A DNA stretch of 64,000 nucleotides from an uncultured Chloroflexia bacterium (GTDB taxonomy: Bacteria; Chloroflexota; Limnocylindria; Limnocylindrales; CSP1-4): NCBI GenBank assembly GCA_963764515.1, contig CAVXSS010000002.1, positions 1,313,044 through 1,377,043 on the forward strand, in the 5' to 3' direction. The notes beneath the pieces were generated by a model. The model was given only the letters and a program-made list of their open reading frames with translations. It did no database searches and was not told the origin of the DNA. Of this stretch, positions 56,940 to 64,000 are shown piece after piece. Made by a program: the position numbers and the translations under genes. How positions within the stretch are numbered: the stretch's first letter is position 1; each line of letters opens with the position of its first letter.

Positions 56940-58508
56940 ATGCGCCGCCCCTCGTCCCGCGCCGCCGCCCTCGGCCTGTTCGTCTCGCTATCGCTGCTGG
57001 GTGGCACCGCGGGTGTCCGGGCCGCCGATGCGCCGGTTCGCATCTTCACCGGCTCGGCGTTGACGCTCGACCCGGCGGTGCAGGGCGACGTGACCAGCGC
57101 GTCGATCACGGCCCAGCTGTTCGAGACCCTGACGACGTTCGACGCCAACCTCCGGCTGCAGCCGGCGCTCGCCGAGTCCTGGCGGACCGACGAGGGCGGC
57201 AGCCGCATCGTCTTCCATCTCCGACCGGGTCTCACCTTCTCCGACGGAAACCCGTTGCGCGCCAGCGACGTCGTTCGGAGCTGGCTCCGGCTCATCGACC
57301 CGACGACGCCGTCGCCGCTGGCGTCGCTCATGCTCGACGTCACGGGTGCGACCGCCTACCTCCAGGGCGCCTCGGACGCCTCCTCGGTCGGCCTGCACGC
57401 GGACGACGCCGACGGCGAGGTGACGGTCACCATGGTCCAGCCCGCATCGGATTTCGCGGACGTGGTGTCCGGCCCGTCGTTCGGGATCGTGCCTTCGGGC
57501 GTCGATCGGCCGGGCGCCTTCACGCCGGGTGCGGACTTCGTCGGTAGCGGCGGGTACGTCGCGACCGATGCGTCCGCCACAGGCCTGACGCTCCATGCCA
57601 ACGAGCGCTACTGGGCCGGTCGTCCGGCCATCGGCACGATCGAGCTCGTCGGGGACCTGGGCGGCCGCAGTGAGGTCGAGGTGTTCGAGGCCGGCGACCT
57701 CGATTACGCGCCGATCTCCTCGTCCGACGCCACCTGGATCGCCTACGACCCGACGCTCGGTCCGCAGCTGCGCGAGGTCCCGTCGATGGCGGTCGAGTAC
57801 TACGGGTTCGACACCACACGTCCGCCGTTCGATGACGTCCGGGTGCGTCGCGCGTTCGGGATGGCCGTCGACTGGCGCCGGATCGCGCGACTCGGCTCGT
57901 CCGACGGCGAGTCGGCCGTGGCGACCTCGATGGTGCCGCCGGGCGTGCCCGGCCGGTCGAGTCGCGACTTCCTGCCCCCCTACGACCCCGAAGCCGCCCG
58001 GACCCTGCTGGCCCAGGCTGGGTATCCAGGCGGTGCGGGCTTCCCGGCTGTCACGATGCAGACCAACGGTGGTTCGCACGACGAGGCGATCGTCAGCGAG
58101 GTCCGACGCGAGCTGGGCATCGACCTCGCCTACGAGACGATGGACTTCGAGACGTACTTCGAGCGACTCGCCGACGACCCGCCCGCGATCTGGTCACTCA
58201 GCTGGGTCGCCGACTACCCGGGGCGCAACGACTTCCTGGGCGTCCTGCTCGGCCGCGGATCCACGAACGACTACGGCCACTGGTCCTCCGACGAGTTCGA
58301 CGCCGCGATCGCGGACGCCGCCTCCGCGGGCGATATCGCGACGACCACCGCCGCGTACGACCGGGCGGAGGGCATCGTCGGCCGCGACGTGCCGGTCGTG
58401 CCCGTGTCGTACGGCACCGGCTGGGCCCTCTCTCGCGACGGCCTGCTGGGCGCCGGCCAGAACGGTCTCGGCATCATGCGCATGGCGGGGCTGGCATGGG
58501 CGCCGTGA
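56940..58508 (+). CDS. ABC transporter substrate-binding protein (family 5, peptide/nickel type)
   Basis: Signal peptide (AAALGLFVSLSLLGGTAGVRA). SBP_bac_5-like composition and length (522 aa). The table ORF starting at 55644 is antisense to cysS and rejected. Confidence 0.85.
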   Translation: MRRPSSRAAALGLFVSLSLLGGTAGVRAADAPVRIFTGSALTLDPAVQGDVTSASITAQLFETLTTFDANLRLQPALAESWRTDEGGSRIVFHLRPGLTFSDGNPLRASDVVRSWLRLIDPTTPSPLASLMLDVTGATAYLQGASDASSVGLHADDADGEVTVTMVQPASDFADVVSGPSFGIVPSGVDRPGAFTPGADFVGSGGYVATDASATGLTLHANERYWAGRPAIGTIELVGDLGGRSEVEVFEAGDLDYAPISSSDATWIAYDPTLGPQLREVPSMAVEYYGFDTTRPPFDDVRVRRAFGMAVDWRRIARLGSSDGESAVATSMVPPGVPGRSSRDFLPPYDPEAARTLLAQAGYPGGAGFPAVTMQTNGGSHDEAIVSEVRRELGIDLAYETMDFETYFERLADDPPAIWSLSWVADYPGRNDFLGVLLGRGSTNDYGHWSSDEFDAAIADAASAGDIATTTAAYDRAEGIVGRDVPVVPVSYGTGWALSRDGLLGAGQNGLGIMRMAGLAWAP

Positions 58509-59887
58509 TGCGCCGGGTCGTCGCGGCGATCATGGCGGCCGGATGGCTGGTCGCTGCCGTCGCGGCCCCTGCCTCGTCCGCCTCCGGGTTCGCCGACTTC
58601 GGAACGCCCAGCGCGATCGGTTCGTTCGGCGACGACATCGTCTTCCAGCAGCCGGTGACGGTCGACCGTCCGATCGCGCGCGCCGAGCTGCTGGTGACCG
58701 TCGCCGGTGCCCTCGGTCCGACCGTGTTCCCGATCCCGGCGCCGTCGGGTTCGGGCACGATCAGGCTGACCTACACGCTGTCACCGGCCGACGAGGGCCA
58801 CATCCTGCCCAATACCCCGATGCGGGCCAGCTGGCGGATCACCGCCGCGGCCGCCGGCGGTTCCGCGACCGACGCGGCCGACGTCGCGATCGGTCCCGAG
58901 GCGAGCCTCGTCTATGCGGATGCCCGGTTCGACTGGAAGACCGTGTCGGGCGACATCGTCCGCGTGCACTGGTACGAGGGCGGGGACGCGTTCGGGCAGG
59001 GCGCCCTGAAGATCGGCGAGGGGGCTGTGGAGCAGGCGGCCAGGCTCCTCGGCGTGCAGGAGACGAAGCCGGTCGATTTCTTCATCTACGCGGATCAGAC
59101 CGCCTTCTACGACGCCCTCGGTCCGGGGACCCGCGAGAACGTCGGTGGGGAGGCCGATGCCGACATCCGCACGCTGTTCGCGCTCATCCTGCCATCCGAG
59201 ATCGACCAGGCCTGGGTGAAGACCGTGATCCCGCATGAGCTGACCCACCTCGTCTTCGACACGGCGGTCCACAATCCGTACCACTTCCCGCCGCGCTGGC
59301 TGAACGAGGGCTTGGCCGTGTACGAGAGCGAGGGCTACGGTTCGGGCGACCGCGGGGCCGTCGCGGACGCCGCTCGCAGCGGCTCGCTCATCCCGCTGCC
59401 GGGCCTGGCCGGGCAGTTCCCGACGAGCGGGGACCGCTTCCGCCTCGCGTACGCCGAGAGCGTGTCCGCGATCGACTTCCTCGTCCGCACGCACGGTCAG
59501 GATGCCCTTGTCGCACTCATCGGTTCGTACGCCGACGGCGAGACGGACGACGAGGCATTCACGGCCGCGATCGGGCAGGACGTCGCGGCGTTCAATGCGG
59601 CATGGCTGGTCGACCAGGGTGCGGAGCCACCCACCTCGTTCGGTCCGGTGCCCGCTCCCGCCGGCCCCTTGCCGGCGGGCTGGGGGCTCGCGCCCGGTGC
59701 GAGCATCGCCCCGGGCGGGTCGACCCGCCCGGGCCCGACGGCCGCTGTCGTGCCCCCGACCTCGCCGAGCCCGCGCCAGGGCGACTCGATGGTAGCGGCC
59801 GTCGTCATCGTGGCCGTCCTCATGATCCTCGGCGTGGCCGGCCTCGCCGGGTACGCGGCTCGTCGCCGGCGGGGCGCCGACGAGTGA
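58496..59887 (+). CDS. putative secreted zinc metallopeptidase (peptidase MA-like) with C-terminal TM anchor
   Basis: Signal peptide. HELTHLVFD HExxH motif with downstream WLNEGLAVYESE. C-terminal TM helix plus RRRR stop-transfer. 13-nt overlap with the upstream gene. Confidence 0.6.
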   Translation: MGAVMRRVVAAIMAAGWLVAAVAAPASSASGFADFGTPSAIGSFGDDIVFQQPVTVDRPIARAELLVTVAGALGPTVFPIPAPSGSGTIRLTYTLSPADEGHILPNTPMRASWRITAAAAGGSATDAADVAIGPEASLVYADARFDWKTVSGDIVRVHWYEGGDAFGQGALKIGEGAVEQAARLLGVQETKPVDFFIYADQTAFYDALGPGTRENVGGEADADIRTLFALILPSEIDQAWVKTVIPHELTHLVFDTAVHNPYHFPPRWLNEGLAVYESEGYGSGDRGAVADAARSGSLIPLPGLAGQFPTSGDRFRLAYAESVSAIDFLVRTHGQDALVALIGSYADGETDDEAFTAAIGQDVAAFNAAWLVDQGAEPPTSFGPVPAPAGPLPAGWGLAPGASIAPGGSTRPGPTAAVVPPTSPSPRQGDSMVAAVVIVAVLMILGVAGLAGYAARRRRGADE

Positions 59888-60672
59888 CCGTCCTCGGGCG
59901 AATCCGCAACGTCCCGAGCTGGCAGGTGACCCTCGGGGCGGCCCTGCTCGGTCTGGGCTTCCTCATCGCCGCCCAGCTCGCGTCGGAAGGGCCCCGCGTG
60001 CGCTACACGACCCAGGAACGGACACCGCTGGTCGAGACCGCGAACGGGCTCCAGGCCCAGCAGGACGCGCTCAAGGATCGGCTGCTGGCGCTTCGTACCC
60101 AGATCGGCCAGCTCGAGGGCGCCGGTCACGGCTCGGCCGACCTGGTCCGCGAGCTCAACGACGAACTGGAGCAGGCACGGATCGCGGCCGGCCTGATCCC
60201 GCTGACCGGAACGGGCATCGTCCTCCAGCTCGAGGATTCCCTGCAGCCGGTGCCCGTCGACGCGAGCCAGGACGATTATCTCGTCGGGGCACGCGACATC
60301 CGCTCCGTCGTCGAGCAGCTGTGGCTGGCCGGGGCGGAGGCCGTCGCCGTGAACGGCGAGCGGATCACCCCGACCACGTCGGTCATCGACATCGGAACGT
60401 CCGTCCTGGTCAACGCGGCCTATCTCGCGCCCCCATACCAGCTCACGGCCCTGGGGCCGGTGGACCTGTACGACCGTCTCTCGGCGGCCCCCGGCTTCAT
60501 CGACTTCGTCCGAGCGCGGGCTGAGGGCTATGGGATCCGCCTCTCGTTCGCGGAGCCGTCGACGGTGGACGTCCCGGCCTTCGCGGGGACGGTCTCGTTG
60601 CGCTACTCCCGGCCACTGGCCTCACCATCGCCGACGCCCGGCCCGGGTCCCGGCGCGAGTCCTCCCGGCTGA
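59884..60672 (+). CDS. DUF881 domain-containing membrane protein
   Basis: N-terminal TM, coiled coil, C-terminal DUF881 block (VVGPG-like GTGIVLQLED...VAVNGERI). GTGA overlap with the upstream gene. Confidence 0.7.
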   Translation: MTVLGRIRNVPSWQVTLGAALLGLGFLIAAQLASEGPRVRYTTQERTPLVETANGLQAQQDALKDRLLALRTQIGQLEGAGHGSADLVRELNDELEQARIAAGLIPLTGTGIVLQLEDSLQPVPVDASQDDYLVGARDIRSVVEQLWLAGAEAVAVNGERITPTTSVIDIGTSVLVNAAYLAPPYQLTALGPVDLYDRLSAAPGFIDFVRARAEGYGIRLSFAEPSTVDVPAFAGTVSLRYSRPLASPSPTPGPGPGASPPG

Positions 60673-60677
60673 CCGCG

Positions 60678-61352
60678 ATGCGCGTTCGACGCAACCAGCT
60701 GACGCTCGCGGCCGTGGCATTCGTGCTCGGCGTGCTGGTCGTGGTCCAGCTGCGAGCCCAGGCCGGGAGCTCGGGGCTCGCGGCGCTCTCCACCCAGGAC
60801 CTCACGGTCTTCGTCGCGAGCGTGAACGAGCGGAACGACCAGCTGCGGGCGGAGATCGCGTCGCTCGACCGGGAGCTGGCCACGCTGACCTCGAACCAGG
60901 ACCGCGGCGAAGCCTCGATCGACGAGATCCGGGCCGACCTCCGTCGCGTGCGGGCCTACGCCGGGCTCGACCCGGTCGTGGGACCCGGCGTGACCATCAC
61001 GGTCAGCGGCCCCATCGACGGCCACGGTCTGGAGGACCTGATCAACGAACTGCGCGACGCGGGGGCCGAGGCGATGGCCTCGGGCGACGTGCGGCTGGTC
61101 CCAGCCGTCGTGGCGGTCGGGCCTCCCGGTGGCGCTACCCTGGACGGGACCAAGCTCGAGGACACATTCACGCTCGATGCCATCGGCGCATCGGAGCAGC
61201 TGACAGGGTCGCTGACGCGTTCGGGCGGCGTCATCGCACAGCTCGCCGCGACGCAACCGGAGGTCGTGGTCACGGTGACCCCGATGGACCACCTGGAGCT
61301 GCCCGCCACGAAACGGTCCCTGGTCCCGGTCAACGGTCATCCGCGGCTTTGA
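60678..61352 (+). CDS. DUF881 domain-containing membrane protein (second paralog)
   Basis: Same architecture (TM, coiled coil, VVGPGVTITVSGP, DVRLVPA). A tandem DUF881 pair occurs in actinobacterial and Bacillus division clusters. Confidence 0.7.
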   Translation: MRVRRNQLTLAAVAFVLGVLVVVQLRAQAGSSGLAALSTQDLTVFVASVNERNDQLRAEIASLDRELATLTSNQDRGEASIDEIRADLRRVRAYAGLDPVVGPGVTITVSGPIDGHGLEDLINELRDAGAEAMASGDVRLVPAVVAVGPPGGATLDGTKLEDTFTLDAIGASEQLTGSLTRSGGVIAQLAATQPEVVVTVTPMDHLELPATKRSLVPVNGHPRL

Positions 61353-61368
61353 TACCCTGACCGGCCCG

Positions 61369-61620
61369 ATGCACCAATCAGACGTCCTTCAGCTGTACCT
61401 GGGCGACATCGTCCGTCTCCGGCGCGCCCATCCGTGCGGGACCGACACGTGGCTCGTCGACCGCCTCGGCGCGGACATCGGCCTGCGCTGCCAGGGATGC
61501 GGGCGCCACGTGATGGTGGAGCGGCGGCACCTGGAGCGGCGGTTCGCGGGCTTCGTCGAGCGTGGCGATCCGGATCTCAGTGCCGCGCTGACGCCAACCG
61601 GCCCCGAAGGGTCTCCGTGA
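61369..61620 (+). CDS. small conserved Cys-containing protein (83 aa, DUF951-like)
   Basis: HPCGTD...CQGCGRH is a possible zinc ribbon. Sits between the DUF881 pair and a transporter, like the small protein in similar clusters. Family tentative. Confidence 0.45.
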   Translation: MHQSDVLQLYLGDIVRLRRAHPCGTDTWLVDRLGADIGLRCQGCGRHVMVERRHLERRFAGFVERGDPDLSAALTPTGPEGSP

Positions 61621-63110
61621 CGGCCGGGACGACCTCGACCGACGCCGGCGCGCTGGCCGTCTTCCGCAACGCAGGATTCCTTCGTCTCTGGCTCTCGCAG
61701 GCCGCCACCCAGATCGGCGGCAACATGGTCCTCTACGGGCTGACGGTCATCGTCGTCGAGTCGACCGGCTCGAAGACGGCGGTCAGCCTGCTGATCCTCA
61801 CGTTCCTGGTCCCGGCCGTCATCTTCTCGGCGGTGGCCGGCGTCTACGTCGACCGGATCGAGCGACGGACGATCCTGGTCGCGACCAACATCCTGCGCGG
61901 CGCGGCCTTCGTCGCCCTCTGGCTCATCGGGACGAACCTCGCGCTGATCCTCGTGCTGAACGTGCTGGTTTCGACGGTCACGGTGTTCTTCGCGCCCGCC
62001 GAAGCCGCGATGATCCCGAACCTCGTCGATCGGCGCCAGCTGCTGGCCGCGAACGGGATCTTCACGTTGACCCTCAACGCGGCGTTCGCGCTTGGGTTCG
62101 CCCTGCTCGGACCATTGGTGGTGAACATCGCCTCGCCCGAGGCCGTGATCCTTGTCGTGGCCGCGCTCTATTTCCTCGCCGCGGTCTTCTGCTTCACGCT
62201 GCCGTCGGCGCCGCCCCCCAAGGATGATCATGCCGGTCGCGTGGTGACCGAGGCCGAGCTCGCGATGACCTCCACGTTCTCCCTGTTCCGGGAGGGGCTC
62301 GCCTTCATCCGCTCGAACCGCTCGATCGGTTGGTCGCTGCTCTACCTGGGCATCACGGCATCGCTCGTCGGGGTCCTTGGCGTCCTTGGGCCGGACTTCG
62401 CGCAGGGGACCCTTGGCCTCGCAGCCAAGGACTTCGCGGTCGTCGTTCTGCCGCTCGGATTCGGGGTCGTGACCGGCATCCTGCTGCTCAACACCTACGG
62501 ACAGTACGTGCCTCGCCGGCGCGTCATCGAGGGCGGGCTCATCGCCCTCGGGGCGTTCCTCGGAGCGCTGTCGGTCTCGGGGCCGATCAGCCGCATCCTC
62601 CAGCGGACCGACGGGCCGGGCGGTTTCGACCTTTCGGGCATCACGTCACTGCTCGCGGTCGTCGTGTTCATCGCGCTGGGCGCGGGCATCGCCTATGCCT
62701 GCGTGGCCATCCCATCGCAGACCCAGCTGTCGGAGGACCTGCCGGAGGACGTCCGTGGGCGGGTCTTCGGAATCCTGAACATGCTCGTGTCGGTGGCCAG
62801 CTTCCTGCCGATCATCGTCGTCGGGCCGATCGCCGACCTGATCGGCACGACATGGGTCCTGTTCGCGGTCGCGGTGGTCGTGATGGTCTCGGGCATCGCG
62901 TCGGTGGTCCTGCGGGGGCCGCTCGGCGTCCTGGAGGCGCACTCCGCGGCCGACCCGCACACCGTCGATCCGATCGCCGCTGCCCTCGGCGCGGACCGAC
63001 CGACCTGGCAGGAGCACCACGAGCCGACCGCGGCGGACGGCGTCGAGGAACGGGCAGACACCGTCGATGTCGCCCTGGCCGGGCCGGCCGATCCGGCCGA
63101 CCGCGCCTAA
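61617..63110 (+). CDS. MFS transporter
   Basis: 12-14 predicted TM helices with an MFS motif (VDRIERRTILVATN). GTG start overlapping the upstream stop. The table ORF from 61434 is a longer variant. Confidence 0.8.
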   Translation: MTAGTTSTDAGALAVFRNAGFLRLWLSQAATQIGGNMVLYGLTVIVVESTGSKTAVSLLILTFLVPAVIFSAVAGVYVDRIERRTILVATNILRGAAFVALWLIGTNLALILVLNVLVSTVTVFFAPAEAAMIPNLVDRRQLLAANGIFTLTLNAAFALGFALLGPLVVNIASPEAVILVVAALYFLAAVFCFTLPSAPPPKDDHAGRVVTEAELAMTSTFSLFREGLAFIRSNRSIGWSLLYLGITASLVGVLGVLGPDFAQGTLGLAAKDFAVVVLPLGFGVVTGILLLNTYGQYVPRRRVIEGGLIALGAFLGALSVSGPISRILQRTDGPGGFDLSGITSLLAVVVFIALGAGIAYACVAIPSQTQLSEDLPEDVRGRVFGILNMLVSVASFLPIIVVGPIADLIGTTWVLFAVAVVVMVSGIASVVLRGPLGVLEAHSAADPHTVDPIAAALGADRPTWQEHHEPTAADGVEERADTVDVALAGPADPADRA

Positions 63111-63114
63111 GGCG

Positions 63115-64000
63115 ATGCCGCTCGATGTGCTGGTCACCGGCCGGATCGCCACGCTGGCCGGGCGGGCCGGATTCGGCTGGGTCGAGGCGATCGGCATCCG
63201 CGCGGGTCGGATCGCGTTCGCCGGCTCGGAGATCGAGCTCGAGACCCGGGCGGACCCCTTTACGATGCGGATCGCGCTGGAGCCCGACGAGGTCGCGATC
63301 CCCGGCCTGACCGATGCGCATCTCCACCTGGCACAGGCCGCGCGGGCCCTTCGCCAGGTGGACCTCTCGAACACCTCGACGCTCGAGGCGGGCATGGCCT
63401 GCGTCGGCGCCGCGCACGAAGCCACGACGGACCCCGAGGCCTGGCTCGACGGGCACGGCTGGGACCCGGATCGGTGGGGCCGATGGCCGACTGCGGACGA
63501 CCTCGAGCGGGTGGCACCGGGACGCCGCGTGATGCTCTGGGCACACGATCACCACGCCCTCCTCGCGAGTGTCGCCGCGCTCCGGACGGCCGGCGTCACG
63601 GCCGCGACGCCCGACCCACCGGGCGGCCTCGTCCGGCGAGCCCGGGACGGATCACCGGAGGGTGTCCTGTACGAGAGCGCGACGCGCCTCATCTCGGTGC
63701 ACCTCCCGGTGCCCGATCTTGCCGAGCTGGAGGCCGCCATCGCGATCGTCGGGCGGGAGCTGGTCTCGCTTGGCGTGGTCGCCTGTCACGATCCCGGTGC
63801 GCTGGCGCCCGACCCCGACCTCGCGTTCTCGTTCCCGGCGGTCGCCCACCTGGCCGACACGGGGCGGCTGCCCCTGCGCGTCCATGCAAGCCTGCGCGAC
63901 GACGCGCTCGAGACCGCGATCTCGCGCGGCCTGCGCAGCGGGGCTCCGCTTGGCGACGACCCCCACGGCCGAGCCCGCGTCGGCTGGCAGAAATGCTTCG
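63115..64000 (+). CDS. amidohydrolase family protein (3' end beyond window)
   Basis: Open frame from ATG 63115 to the window end. Metal-binding PGLTDAHLHL (HxH) is typical of the amidohydrolase superfamily. Confidence 0.6.
   Translation, partial: MPLDVLVTGRIATLAGRAGFGWVEAIGIRAGRIAFAGSEIELETRADPFTMRIALEPDEVAIPGLTDAHLHLAQAARALRQVDLSNTSTLEAGMACVGAAHEATTDPEAWLDGHGWDPDRWGRWPTADDLERVAPGRRVMLWAHDHHALLASVAALRTAGVTAATPDPPGGLVRRARDGSPEGVLYESATRLISVHLPVPDLAELEAAIAIVGRELVSLGVVACHDPGALAPDPDLAFSFPAVAHLADTGRLPLRVHASLRDDALETAISRGLRSGAPLGDDPHGRARVGWQKCF

Noticed and set aside
55644-58508. 954-aa ORF
   Set aside because: The 5' two-thirds is antisense to cysS and R/G-rich. The real gene is the substrate-binding protein from the ATG at 56940, which has a signal peptide.
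1-64000. IS elements, transposases, integrases (other than xerD), prophage or restriction-modification genes
   Set aside because: None were recognised. xerD is the housekeeping chromosome-dimer recombinase in conserved context. The only mobile-type element is the intein's homing endonuclease.

Overview
This is a very GC-rich (about 70% or more by eye), gene-dense bacterial chromosomal window. Coding is almost entirely on the + strand, and many adjacent genes share ATGA/GTGA/TGATG start-stop overlaps, which indicates long translationally coupled operons. The content is core housekeeping. It begins with the tail of an ftsA-like gene, followed by an unusual 609-aa bitopic protein, then ruvX-mltG-pepP, efp, xseA-xseB, dxs, tlyA-nadK-recN, xerD, scpA-scpB-rluB-cmk-plsC-ispH-der and tRNA-Pro. 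After that come msrB, two c-di-GMP genes (GGDEF and GGDEF-EAL), a PLP decarboxylase, an aldehyde dehydrogenase, moeA-moaC-mog, an EtfD-like membrane Fe-S protein + acyl-CoA dehydrogenase + etfBA, nrdR-dcd and a thiol-disulfide cluster (grx-like, ccdA, tlpA) next to tRNA-Arg. The window ends with a cysS-type ligase, an ABC substrate-binding protein, a DUF881 pair, an MFS transporter and an amidohydrolase. Synteny such as tlyA-ppnK-recN (as in M. tuberculosis Rv1694-1696), scpAB-rluB-cmk-der and the DUF881 pair points to an actinobacterium-like lineage, while the FtsA-like actin ATPase suggests a deep-branching member; this is inference. The main findings are these. (1) The dCTP deaminase gene, downstream of nrdR, carries a 346-aa intein with class-3 WCT hallmarks and a two-motif LAGLIDADG homing endonuclease. 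(2) A degenerate GC-rich palindromic repeat family occurs at four intergenic loci (about 11.3, 25.9, 32.7 and 46.6 kb). (3) tlyA is split by a frameshift at a G8 homopolymer. (4) An F420-type PPOX gene is a pseudogene (frameshift plus in-frame TAG). (5) A GT2 glycosyltransferase carries an N-terminal CysRS-C-terminal-like helix and converges on and overlaps an atypical cysS. (6) etfD, an acyl-CoA dehydrogenase and etfBA are clustered. No rRNA, CRISPR array, IS element or prophage was recognised.
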